From the human T2T-CHM13v2.0 reference genome, Homo sapiens, in NCBI RefSeq assembly GCF_009914755.1, contig NC_060948.1: a stretch of DNA of 64,000 nucleotides, one strand, 5' to 3'. Both the position numbers and the translations under genes were made by a program. The notes beneath the pieces are model-generated. The model had not been told where the DNA came from, ran no database searches, and saw only the letters and a program-made list of their open reading frames with translations. Positions within the stretch are counted from its first letter, which is position 1. Each line of letters starts with the position of its first letter. Positions 38,240-52,476 of this stretch are shown one piece after another.

Positions 38240-41200
38240 TGGACTAGAGTGAAATGGAATCGAACCACAAGGAATGGACAGGAATAGAATGGTCTCGAAT
38301 TGAATGGAATCGTATGGAATGGCATCAAACGGAATGGAATGGACAGCCACGGAATGGAATGCACTCGAATGCAATGGAGTCGAAACTAATGGACTGGAAT
38401 AGAATGGACTCGACTGGTACGGACTCCAATGGAATGGAATCGAATGGAAGGGAATCGAACGGAATGGACTCGAAGGGAAAAGACTGCAATGGAAAGGTCT
38501 CGAATGGAATGGAAATTAATGGAATGGAATGGAATCGAATGAAATGGAGTCAAAAGGAATGGAATCGAATGGCAAGAAATCGAATGTAATGGAATCGCAA
38601 GGAATTGATGTGAACGGAACGGAATGGAATGGAATCCAAAGGAATGGAATAGAATGGAATGGAATCGAATGGAAAGGACTCGAATGGAAATCACTCGAAT
38701 AGAATGCAATTTAATAAAATAGGATCAAATGTAATGGAATGGAATGGAAAGGAATCGAAACGAAAGGAATGGAGACAGATGGAATGGAATGGAACAGAGA
38801 GCAATGGTATAGAATGGAATGGAATCATCTGGAATGGAATTGAATGGAATGGAATAATATGAAATGGAATGGAATGGAATGGAATGGAATGCCCTTGAAT
38901 TAAATGGACTGGAATGGAATGGACTCGAACAGAGTGGAATGGAAAGTGTTGAGATAGAATGGAATGGACTCCTTTGGAATGGTGTAGTATGCAATGCAAT
39001 CGACTGGCAGGGAATCAAAAGGAATGTAATGGAATGGATTGGACTGGAATGCAATGGACTCGAATAGATTGGAAACGGAATGCAAAGGAATGGAATGGAA
39101 TAGTATGGAATGGAATGGAAAGGAATGGAGTGGAATAGACTAGAGTGGAATGGAATGGACTGGAAAGCAATGGACTGGAATGGAACTTTCTTGAATGGAC
39201 TGGAATCAAACGGAATGGAATGCAATGCAATCAAATGGCATGGAATAAAATAGAATGAAAGAGAATCAAATGGAATTGAATCGAATGGAATCGAATGGAT
39301 TGGAAAGGAATAGAATGGAATGGAATGGAATTGACTCAAATGGAATGGACTAGAATGGAATGGATTCGAATGGAAGGCAAAGGAATGGAATCTATTGGAA
39401 TGGACTGTAATGGAATGGAATGGAAGGGATTGGAATGGACTCGAATGGAATGGACTGCAATAGAAAGGATTCGAATGGAATGAAAAAGAATTGAATGGAA
39501 TAGAACAGAATGGAATCAAATCGAATGAAATGGAATGGAATAGAAAGGAATGGAATGAAATGGAATGGAAAGGATTCGAATGGAATGCAATCGAATGGAA
39601 TGGAATCGAACGGAATGGAATAAAATGGAAGAAAACTGGCAAGAAATGGAATCGAAATGAATGGAGTGTTATGGAACGGACTCAAAAGGAATTGAATGTA
39701 ATAGAATGGAGTGGAGTGGACTCGAATATAATGGACTGGAATGGAATGAAATCACATGGAATGGGAACGAATGGAATGGAATGGAAAGGAATGGAATCGA
39801 ATGGAAAGGAATCGAATGGAAGGGAATGAAATTGAATCAACAGGAATGGAAGGGAATAGAATAGACGGTAATGGAATGGACTCGAATAGAATGGACACGA
39901 ATGCTGAAATTGAATGGACTCGAATGGAATGGAAACGAAAGGAATGTCATCGAATGGAATTGAATCGATTGGAATGAAATCGCATAGAATGGAGTGGAAT
40001 CAAATGGAATTGAATCGAAAGGAAAGGAAGCGAATGGACTGAAATGAAATGGAATGGAATTGAATGGAAAGTAATGCAATGGAATAGAATGGAACGAAAT
40101 TTCACGGAATGGAATCAAACTGAATGGAATCAAATCAATGGAATCTAATCAAAGGAATGGAAAGGAATTGAATGGAGTAGATTGGATTGGATGGGATTGG
40201 AATGAAATGTACTGGAAAGGACTCGAATTTCATGAAACGGAATGGAATGAATTGGAACGGAATGGACTCGAATGGAATGGAATGTCATGGAATGGCATCA
40301 AATGGAATGGCATCAAATGGAATGGAATCGAATGCAATGGAATGCTATGGAATGGAATGGAATGCATTGGAATGGAATGTCCTCTAATGGAATGGATTCG
40401 AGTGGAATGGAATCGAATATAATGGAGTCGAATGAAATGGAATTGAAAGGAATGGGATCGAATTCAATGGAATATACTGCAATGTAATGTAATGAACTCG
40501 AATGTAATTGACTGGAATGGAATGTACATGAATGGAATGTAATCGAATGGAAAGTAATCCAATGGAATAGAATCTAATGCAATAAAATCGACTCAGATAG
40601 AGTAGAATGTAAAGGAATGGAGTGCAGTGCAATGGAATGGAATGGAATGGAATGCAATGGAATGGAATGGAATGGAATGGAATGGAATGGAATGGAATGG
40701 GATGGAATGGTATGGAATGGATAGTAATGGACTGGAGTGAAATGGACTGGAAAGGAATGGACTCAAATTGAAAGGGCTCGAAAGGAATGCAGTCAAATGC
40801 AATGGTCTGGAATGGAATGAACACGAATGTATTGCAATCCAATAGAATGGAATCGAATGGCATGGAATATAAAGAAATGGAATCGAAGAGAATGGAAACA
40901 AATGGAATGGAATTGAATGGAAGGGGAACGAATGGAATGAAATTGTATGCAGTAGAAGAGAATAGAATGGAATGCAAGCGAAAGGAAAGGAATGGATTGG
41001 AATGGAATGGAATTCATTGGAATGCAAGGGAATGTAGTGTAATGGACAGGCCTGGAATAAAGTGGAATGCTACGGTCTCGAATGGAATAAAAATGTATGG
41101 AATGGAATGCAATGAAACGGAATCGAATGTCATAGAATGTAATGGAATGCAAAAAAATGGAATCCAAAATCATTGACTGGAAAGGCTGGGTGTCGAAAGG

Positions 41201-41787
41201 AATTGACTCCAATGGAATGGAATCAAATGGAATGGAAGTGAATAGAATCGAACTAAATCGAATGGAATGGAATTGATAGGAACGGAATGGAAAGGAATGC
41301 AATGATTTGGCATGGAATGGAATCGAATGGCATCGAATGGAATGGAATGGAATGCAATGGAATGGAATGTATTAGAATGTAATGAACTTTAATGGAATGT
41401 ACTCGAATGGATTCGACTGGAATGGAATGTTCTGGAAGTGAATGGACTCCAATGGAATGGATTCAAAAGGAATGGAATCGTACGGAATGGAATCTAATGG
41501 AATGGAATTAAATGGAAATGAATCAAATTGAATAGCACGGAATTGAATTGAATGGAATGGAATGCAATGGAATCTAATGAAACGGAAAGGAAAGGAATGG
41601 AATGGAATGGAATGGGCTGGAATGGAAAGGAATCGAAACGAATGGAATGGAATCGAACTGAAGAGACTGGAATGGAATGCACTGGAATGGAAGGGAGTGT
41701 AATGGAAGGTTCTCGAAAATAATGGAATCGAATGGAATGGAATTGAATGGAACGGAATAGAGTCGAATGGAATTGAATGGAATGGAA
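38240..41787 (+). repeat. DYZ1 unit 12 (3548 bp; first C-type unit)
   Basis: Marker spacing 38254 to 41802; extra GAATTC at 40460. Confidence 0.93.
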
Positions 41788-44700
41788 TGGACTAGAGTGA
41801 AATGGAATCGAACCACAAGGAATGGACAGGAATAGAATGGTCTCGAATTGAATGGAATCGTATGGAATGGCATCAAACGGAATGGAATGGACAGCCACGG
41901 AATGGAATGCACTCGAATGCAATGGAGTCGAAACTAATGGACTGGAATAGAATGGACTCGACTGGTACGTACTCCAATGGAATGGAATCGAATGGAAGGG
42001 AATCGAACGGAATGGACTCGAAGGGAAAAGACTGCAATGGAAAGGTCTCGAATGGAATGGAAATTAATGGAATGGAATGGAATCGAATGAAAAGGAGTCA
42101 AAAGGAATGGAATCGAATGGCAAGAAATCGAATGTAATGGAATCGCAAGGAATTGATGTGAACGGAACGGAATGGAATGGAATCCAAAGGAATGGAATAG
42201 AATGGAATGGAATCGAATGGAAAGGACTCGAATGGAAATCACTCGAATAGAATGCAATTTAATAAAATAGGATCAAATGTAATGGAATGGAATGGAAAGG
42301 AATCGAAACGAAAGGAATGGAGACAGATGGAATGGAATGGAACAGAGAGCAATGGTATAGAATGGAATGGAATCATCTGGAATGGAATTGAATGGAATGG
42401 AATAATATGAAATGGAATGGAATGGAATGGAATGGAATGCCCTTGAATTAAATGGACTGGAATGGAATGGACTCGAACAGAGTGGAATGGAAAGTGTTGA
42501 GATAGAATGGAATGGACTCCTTTGGAATGGTGTAGTATGCAATGCAATCGACTGGCAGGGAATCAAAAGGAATGTAATGGAATGGATTGGACTGGAATGC
42601 AATGGACTCGAATAGATTGGAAACGGAATGCAAAGGAATGGAATGGAATAGTATGGAATGGAGTGGAAAGGAATGGAGTGGAATAGACTAGAGTGGAATG
42701 GAATGGACTGGAAAGCAATGGACTGGAATGGAACTTTCTTGAATGGACTGGAATCAAACGGAATGGAATGCAATGCAATCAAATGGCATGGAATAAAATA
42801 GAATGAAAGAGAATCAAATGGAATTGAATCGAATGGAATCGAATGGATTGGAAAGGAATAGAATGGAATGGAATGGAATTGACTCAAATGGAATGGACTA
42901 GAATGGAATGGATTCGAATGGAAGGCAAAGGAATGGAATCTATTGGAATGGACTGTAATGGAATGGAATGGAAGGGATTGGAATGGACTCGAATGGAATG
43001 GACTGCAATAGAAAGGATTCGAATGGAATGAAAAAGAATTGAATGGAATAGAACAGAATGGAATCAAATCGAATGAAATGGAATGGAATAGAAAGGAATG
43101 GAATGAAATGGAATGGAAAGGATTCGAATGGAATGCAATCGAATGGAATGGAATCGAACGGAATGGAATAAAATGGAAGAAAACTGGCAAGAAATGGAAT
43201 CGAAATGAATGGAGTGTTATGGAACGGACTCAAAAGGAATTGAATGTAATAGAATGGAGTGGAGTGGACTCGAATATAATGGACTGGAATGGAATGAAAT
43301 CACATGGAATGGGAACGAATGGAATGGAATGGAAAGGAATGGAATCGAATGGAAAGGAATCGAATGGAAGGGAATGAAATTGAATCAACAGGAATGGAAG
43401 GGAATAGAATAGACGGTAATGGAATGGACTCGAATAGAATGGACACGAATGCTCAAATTGAATGGACTCGAATGGAATGGAAACGAAAGGAATGTCATCG
43501 AATGGAATTGAATCGATTGGAATGAAATCGCATAGAATGGAGTGGAATCAAATGGAATTGAATCGAAAGGAAAGGAAGCGAATGGACTGAAATGAAATGG
43601 AATGGAATTGAATGGAAAGTAATGCAATGGAATAGAATGGAACGAAATTTCACGGAATGGAATCAAACTGAATGGAATCAAATCAATGGAATCTAATCAA
43701 AGGAATGGAAAGGAATTGAATGGAGTAGATTGGATTGGATGGGATTGGAATGAAATGTACTGGAAAGGACTCGAATTTCATGAAACGGAATGGAATGAAT
43801 TGGAACGGAATGGACTCGAATGGAATGGAATGTCATGGAATGGCATCAAATGGAATGGCATCAAATGGAATGGAATCGAATGCAATGGAATGCTATGGAA
43901 TGGAATGGAATGCATTGGAATGGAATGTCCTCTAATGGAATGGATTCGAGTGGAATGGAATCGAATATAATGGAGTCGAATGAAATGGAATTGAAAGGAA
44001 TGGGATCGAATTCAATGGAATATACTGCAATGTAATGTAATGAACTCGAATGTAATTGACTGGAATGGAATGTACATGAATGGAATGTAATCGAATGGAA
44101 AGTAATCCAATGGAATAGAATCTAATGCAATAAAATCGACTCAGATAGAGTAGAATGTAAAGGAATGGAGTGCAGTGCAATGGAATGGAATGGAATGGAA
44201 TGCAATGGAATGGAATGGAATGGAATGGAATGGAATGGAATGGAATGGAATGGAATGGGATGGAATGGTATGGAATGGATAGTAATGGACTGGAGTGAAA
44301 CGGACTGGAAAGGAATGGACTCAAATTGAAAGGGCTCGAAAGGAATGCAGTCAAATGCAATGGTCTGGAATGGAATGAACACGAATGTATTGCAATCCAA
44401 TAGAATGGAATCGAATGGCATGGAATATAAAGAAATGGAATCGAAGAGAATGGAAACAAATGGAATGGAATTGAATGGAATGGGAACGAATGGAATGAAA
44501 TTGTATGCAGTAGAAGAGAATAGAATGGAATGCAAGCGAAAGGAAAGGAATGGATTGGAATGGAATGGAATTCATTGGAATGCAAGGGAATGTAGTGTAA
44601 TGGACAGGCCTGGAATAAAGTGGAATGCTACGGTCTCGAATGGAATAAAAATGTATGGAATGGAATGCAATGAAACGGAATCGAATGTCATAGAATGTAA

Positions 44701-45345
44701 TGGAATGCAAAAAAATGGAATCCAAAATCATTGACTGGAAAGGCTGGGTGTCGAAAGGAATTGACTCCAATGGAATGGAATCAAATGGAATGGAAGTGAA
44801 TAGAATCGAACTAAATCGAATGGAATGGAATTGATAGGAACGGAATGGAAAGGAATGCAATGATTTGGCATGGAATGGAATCGAATGGCATCGAATGGAA
44901 TGGAATGGAATGCAATGGAATGGAATGTATTAGAATGTAATGAACTTTAATGGAATGTACTCGAATGGATTCGACTGGAATGGAATGTTCTGGAAGTGAA
45001 TGGACTCCAATGGAATGGATTCAAAAGGAATGGAATCGTACGGAATGGAATCTAATGGAATGGAATTAAATGGAAATGAATCAAATTGAATAGCACGGAA
45101 TTGAATTGAATGGAATGGAATGCAATGGAATCTAATGAAACGGAAAGGAAAGGAATGGAATGGAATGGAATGGGCTGGAATGGAAAGGAATCGAAACGAA
45201 TGGAATGGAATCGAACTGAAGAGACTGGAATGGAATGCACTGGAATGGAAGGGAGTGTAATGGAAGGTTCTCGAAAAAAATGGAATCGAATGGAATGGAA
45301 TTGAATGGAACGGAATAGAGTCGAATGGAATTGAATGGAATGGAA
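41788..45345 (+). repeat. DYZ1 unit 13 (3558 bp; C-type)
   Basis: Marker spacing 41802 to 45360; extra GAATTC at 44008. Confidence 0.93.
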
Positions 45346-48300
45346 TGGACTAGAGTGAAATGGAATCGAACCACAAGGAATGGACAGGAATAGAATGGTC
45401 TCGAATTGAATGGAATCGTATGGAATGGCATCAAACGGAATGGAATGGACAGCCACGGAATGGAATGCACTCGAATGCAATGGAGTCGAAACTAATGGAC
45501 TGGAATAGAATGGACTCGACTGGTACGTACTCCAATGGAATGGAATCGAATGGAAGGGAATCGAACGGAATGGACTCGAAGGGAAAAGACTGCAATGGAA
45601 AGGTCTCGAATGGAATGGAAATTAATGGAATGGAATGGAATCGAATGAAAAGGAGTCAAAAGGAATGGAATCGAATGGCAAGAAATCGAATGTAATGGAA
45701 TCGCAAGGAATTGATGTGAACGGAACGGAATGGAATGGAATCCAAAGGAATGGAATAGAATGGAATGGAATCGAATGGAAAGGACTCGAATGGAAATCAC
45801 TCGAATAGAATGCAATTTAATAAAATAGGATCAAATGTAATGGAATGGAATGGAAAGGAATCGAAACGAAAGGAATGGAGACAGATGGAATGGAATGGAA
45901 CAGAGAGCAATGGTATAGAATGGAATGGAATCATCTGGAATGGAATTGAATGGAATGGAATAATATGAAATGGAATGGAATGGAATGGAATGGAATGCCC
46001 TTGAATTAAATGGACTGGAATGGAATGGACTCGAACAGAGTGGAATGGAAAGTGTTGAGATAGAATGGAATGGACTCCTTTGGAATGGTGTAGTATGCAA
46101 TGCAATCGACTGGCAGGGAATCAAAAGGAATGTAATGGAATGGATTGGACTGGAATGCAATGGACTCGAATAGATTGGAAACGGAATGCAAAGGAATGGA
46201 ATGGAATAGTATGGAATGGAATGGAAAGGAATGGAGTGGAATAGACTAGAGTGGAATGGAATGGACTGGAAAGCAATGGACTGGAATGGAACTTTCTTGA
46301 ATGGACTGGAATCAAACGGAATGGAATGCAATGCAATCAAATGGCATGGAATAAAATAGAATGAAAGAGAATCAAATGGAATTGAATCGAATGGAATCGA
46401 ATGGATTGGAAAGGAATAGAATGGAATGGAATGGAATTGACTCAAATGGAATGGACTAGAATGGAATGGATTCGAATGGAAGGCAAAGGAATGGAATCTA
46501 TTGGAATGGACTGTAATGGAATGGAATGGAAGGGATTGGAATGGACTCGAATGGAATGGACTGCAATAGAAAGGATTCGAATGGAATGAAAAAGAATTGA
46601 ATGGAATAGAACAGAATGGAATCAAATCGAATGAAATGGAATGGAATAGAAAGGAATGGAATGAAATGGAATGGAAAGGATTCGAATGGAATGCAATCGA
46701 ATGGAATGGAATCGAACGGAATGGAATAAAATGGAAGAAAACTGGCAAGAAATGGAATCGAAATGAATGGAGTGTTATGGAACGGACTCAAAAGGAATTG
46801 AATGTAATAGAATGGAGTGGAGTGGACTCGAATATAATGGACTGGAATGGAATGAAATCACATGGAATGGGAACGAATGGAATGGAATGGAAAGGAATGG
46901 AATCGAATGGAAAGGAATCGAATGGAAGGGAATGAAATTGAATCAACAGGAATGGAAGGGAATAGAATAGACGGTAATGGAATGGACTCGAATAGAATGG
47001 ACACGAATGCTCAAATTGAATGGACTCGAATGGAATGGAAACGAAAGGAATGTCATCGAATGGAATTGAATCGATTGGAATGAAATCGCATAGAATGGAG
47101 TGGAATCAAATGGAATTGAATCGAAAGGAAAGGAAGCGAATGGACTGAAATGAAATGGAATGGAATTGAATGGAAAGTAATGCAATGGAATAGAATGGAA
47201 CGAAATTTCACGGAATGGAATCAAACTGAATGGAATCAAATCAATGGAATCTAATCAAAGGAATGGAAAGGAATTGAATGGAGTAGATTGGATTGGATGG
47301 GATTGGAATGAAATGTACTGGAAAGGACTCGAATTTCATGAAACGGAATGGAATGAATTGGAACGGAATGGACTCGAATGGAATGGAATGTCATGGAATG
47401 GCATCAAATGGAATGGCATCAAATGGAATGGAATCGAATGCAATGGAATGCTATGGAATGGAATGGAATGCATTGGAATGGAATGTCCTCTAATGGAATG
47501 GATTCGAGTGGAATGGAATCGAATATAATGGAGTCGAATGAAATGGAATTGAAAGGAATGGGATCGAATTCAATGGAATATACTGCAATGTAATGTAATG
47601 AACTCGAATGTAATTGACTGGAATGGAATGTACATGAATGGAATGTAATCGAATGGAAAGTAATCCAATGGAATAGAATCTAATGCAATAAAATCGACTC
47701 AGATAGAGTAGAATGTAAAGGAATGGAGTGCAGTGCAATGGAATGGAATGGAATGGAATGCAATGGAATGGAATGGAATGGAATGGAATGGAATGGAATG
47801 GAATGGAATGGAATGGGATGGAATGGTATGGAATGGATAGTAATGGACTGGAGTGAAACGGACTGGAAAGGAATGGACTCAAATTGAAAGGGCTCGAAAG
47901 GAATGCAGTCAAATGCAATGGTCTGGAATGGAATGAACACGAATGTATTGCAATCCAATAGAATGGAATCGAATGGCATGGAATATAAAGAAATGGAATC
48001 GAAGAGAATGGAAACAAATGGAATGGAATTGAATGGAATGGAATTGAATGGAATGGGAACGAATGGAGTGAAATTGTATGCAGTAGAAGGGAATAGAATG
48101 GAATGCAAGCGAAAGGAAAGGAATGGATTGGAATGGAATGGAATTCATTGGAATGGAAGGGAATGTAGTGTAATGGACAGGCCTGGAATAAAGTGGAATG
48201 CTACGGTCTCGAATGGAATAAAAATGTATGGAATGGAATGCAATGAAACGGAATCGAATGTCATAGAATGTAATGGAATGCAAAAAAATGGAATCCAAAA

Positions 48301-48918
48301 TCATTGACTGGAAAGGCTGGGTGTCGAAAGGAATTGACTCCAAGGGAATGGAATCGAATGGAATGGAAGTGAATAGAATCGAACTAAATCGAATGGAATG
48401 GAATTGATAGGAACGGAATGGAAAGGAATGCAATGATTTGGCATGGAATGGAATCGAATGGCATCGAATGGAATGGAATGGAATGCAATGGAATGGAATG
48501 TATTAGAATGTAATGAACTTTAATGGAATGTACTCGAATGGATTCGACTGGAATGGAATGTTGTGGAAGTGAATGGACTCCAATGGAATGGATTCAAAAG
48601 GAATGGAATCGTACGGAATGGAATCTAATGGAATGGAATTAAATGGAAATGAATCAAATTGAATAGCACGGAATTGAATTGAATGGAATGGAATGCAATG
48701 GAATCTAATGAAACGGAACGGAAAGGAATGGAATGGAATGGAATGGGCTGGAATGGAAAGGAATCGAAACGAATGGAATGGAATCGAACTGAAGAGACTG
48801 GAATGGAATGCACTGGAATGGAAGGGAGTGTAATGGAAGGTTCTCGAAAAAAATGGAATCGAATGGAATGGAATTGAATGGAACGGAATAGAGTCGAATG
48901 GAATTGAATGGAATGGAA
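45346..48918 (+). repeat. DYZ1 unit 14 (3573 bp; C-type to ~47950, then non-C)
   Basis: Marker spacing 45360 to 48933; extra GAATTC at 47566; retains the 15 bp lost in other C units. Confidence 0.93.
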
Positions 48919-51900
48919 TGGACTAGAGTGAAATGGAATCGAACCACAAGGAATGGACAGGAATAGAATGGTCTCGAATTGAATGGAATCGTATGGAATG
49001 GCATCAAACGGAATGGAATGGACAGCCACGGAATGGAATGCACTCGAATGCAATGGAGTCGAAACTAATGGACTGGAATAGAATGGACTCGACTGGTACG
49101 GACTCCAATGGAATGGAATCGAATGGAAGGGAATCGAACGGAATGGACTCGAAGGGAAAAGACTGCAATGGAAAGGTCTCGAATGGAATGGAAATTAATG
49201 GAATGGAATGGAATCGAATGAAATGGAGTCAAAAGGAATGGAATCGAATGGCAAGAAATCGAATGTAATGGAATCGCAAGGAATTGATGTGAACGGAACG
49301 GAATGGAATGGAATCCAAAGGAATGGAATAGAATGGAATGGAATCGAATGGAAAGGACTCGAATGGAAATCACTCGAATAGAATGCAATTTAATAAAATA
49401 GGATCAAATGTAATGGAATGGAATGGAAAGGAATCGAAACGAAAGGAATGGAGACAGATGGAATGGAATGGAACAGAGAGCAATGGTATAGAATGGAATG
49501 GAATCATCTGGAATGGAATTGAATGGAATGGAATAATATGAAATGGAATGGAATGGAATGGAATGGAATGCCCTTGAATTAAATGGACTGGAATGGAATG
49601 GACTCGAACAGAGTGGAATGGAAAGTGTTGAGATAGAATGGAATGGACTCCTTTGGAATGGTGTAGTATGCAATGCAATCGACTGGCAGGGAATCAAAAG
49701 GAATGTAATGGAATGGATTGGACTGGAATGCAATGGACTCGAATAGATTGGAAACGGAATGCAAAGGAATGGAATGGAATAGTATGGAATGGAATGGAAA
49801 GGAATGGAGTGGAATAGACTAGAGTGGAATGGAATGGACTGGAAAGCAATGGACTGGAATGGAACTTTCTTGAATGGACTGGAATCAAACGGAATGGAAT
49901 GCAATGCAATCAAATGGCATGGAATAAAATAGAATGAAAGAGAATCAAATGGAATTGAATCGAATGGAATCGAATGGATTGGAAAGGAATAGAATGGAAT
50001 GGAATGGAATTGACTCAAATGGAATGGACTAGAATGGAATGGATTCGAATGGAAGGCAAAGGAATGGAATCTATTGGAATGGACTGTAATGGAATGGAAT
50101 GGAAGGGATTGGAATGGACTCGAATGGAATGGACTGCAATAGAAAGGATTCGAATGGAATGAAAAAGAATTGAATGGAATAGAACAGAATGGAATCAAAT
50201 CGAATGAAATGGAATGGAATAGAAAGGAATGGAATGAAATGGAATGGAAAGGATTCGAATGGAATGCAATCGAATGGAATGGAATCGAACGGAATGGAAT
50301 AAAATGGAAGAAAACTGGCAAGAAATGGAATCGAAATGAATGGAGTGTTATGGAACGGACTCAAAAGGAATTGAATGTAATAGAATGGAGTGGAGTGGAC
50401 TCGAATATAATGGACTGGAATGGAATGAAATCACATGGAATGGGAACGAATGGAATGGAATGGAAAGGAATGGAATCGAATGGAAAGGAATCGAATGGAA
50501 GGGAATGAAATTGAATCAACAGGAATGGAAGGGAATAGAATAGACGGTAATGGAATGGACTCGAATAGAATGGACACGAATGCTCAAATTGAATGGACTC
50601 GAATGGAATGGAAACGAAAGGAATGTCATCGAATGGAATTGAATCGATTGGAATGAAATCGCATAGAATGGAGTGGAATCAAATGGAATTGAATCGAAAG
50701 GAAAGGAAGCGAATGGACTGAAATGAAATGGAATGGAATTGAATGGAAAGTAATGCAATGGAATAGAATGGAACGAAATTTCACGGAATGGAATCAAACT
50801 GAATGGAATCAAATCAATGGAATCTAATCAAAGGAATGGAAAGGAATTGAATGGAGTAGATTGGATTGGATGGGATTGGAATGAAATGTACTGGAAAGGA
50901 CTCGAATTTCATGAAACGGAATGGAATGAATTGGAACGGAATGGACTCGAATGGAATGGAATGTCATGGAATGGCATCAAATGGAATGGCATCAAATGGA
51001 ATGGAATCGAATGCAATGGAATGCTATGGAATGGAATGGAATGCATTGGAATGGAATGTCCTCTAATGGAATGGATTCGAGTGGAATGGAATCGAATATA
51101 ATGGAGTCGAATGAAATGGAATTGAAAGGAATGGGATCGAATTCAATGGAATATACTGCAATGTAATGTAATGAACTCGAATGTAATTGACTGGAATGGA
51201 ATGTACATGAATGGAATGTAATCGAATGGAAAGTAATCCAATGGAATAGAATCTAATGCAATAAAATCGACTCAGATAGAGTAGAATGTAAAGGAATGGA
51301 GTGCAGTGCAATGGAATGGAATGGAATGGAATGCAATGGAATGGAATGGAATGGAATGGAATGGAATGGAATGGAATGGAATGGAATGGGATGGAATGGT
51401 ATGGAATGGATAGTAATGGACTGGAGTGAAACGGACTGGAAAGGAATGGACTCAAATTGAAAGGGCTCGAAAGGAATGCAGTCAAATGCAATGGTCTGGA
51501 ATGGAATGAACACGAATGTATTGCAATCCAATAGAATGGAATCGAATGGCATGGAATATAAAGAAATGGAATCGAAGAGAATGGAAACAAATGGAATGGA
51601 ATTGAATGGAATGGGAACGAATGGAATGAAATTGTATGCAGTAGAAGAGAATAGAATGGAATGCAAGCGAAAGGAAAGGAATGGATTGGAATGGAATGGA
51701 ATTCATTGGAATGCAAGGGAATGTAGTGTAATGGACAGGCCTGGAATAAAGTGGAATGCTACGGTCTCGAATGGAATAAAAATGTATGGAATGGAATGCA
51801 ATGAAACGGAATCGAATGTCATAGAATGTAATGGAATGCAAAAAAATGGAATCCAAAATCATTGACTGGAAAGGCTGGGTGTCGAAAGGAATTGACTCCA

Positions 51901-52476
51901 ATGGAATGGAATCAAATGGAATGGAAGTGAATAGAATCGAACTAAATCGAATGGAATGGAATTGATAGGAACGGAATGGAAAGGAATGCAATGATTTGGC
52001 ATGGAATGGAATCGAATGGCATCGAATGGAATGGAATGGAATGCAATGGAATGGAATGTATTAGAATGTAATGAACTTTAATGGAATGTACTCGAATGGA
52101 TTCGACTGGAATGGAATGTTCTGGAAGTGAATGGACTCCAATGGAATGGATTCAAAAGGAATGGAATCGTACGGAATGGAATCTAATGGAATGGAATTAA
52201 ATGGAAATGAATCAAATTGAATAGCACGGAATTGAATTGAATGGAATGGAATGCAATGGAATCTAATGAAACGGAAAGGAAAGGAATGGAATGGAATGGA
52301 ATGGGCTGGAATGGAAAGGAATCGAAACGAATGGAATGGAATCGAACTGAAGAGACTGGAATGGAATGCACTGGAATGGAAGGGAGTGTAATGGAAGGTT
52401 CTCGAAAAAAATGGAATCGAATGGAATGGAATTGAATGGAACGGAATAGAGTCGAATGGAATTGAATGGAATGGAA
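48919..52476 (+). repeat. DYZ1 unit 15 (3558 bp; C-type)
   Basis: Marker spacing 48933 to 52491; extra GAATTC at 51139. Confidence 0.93.
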
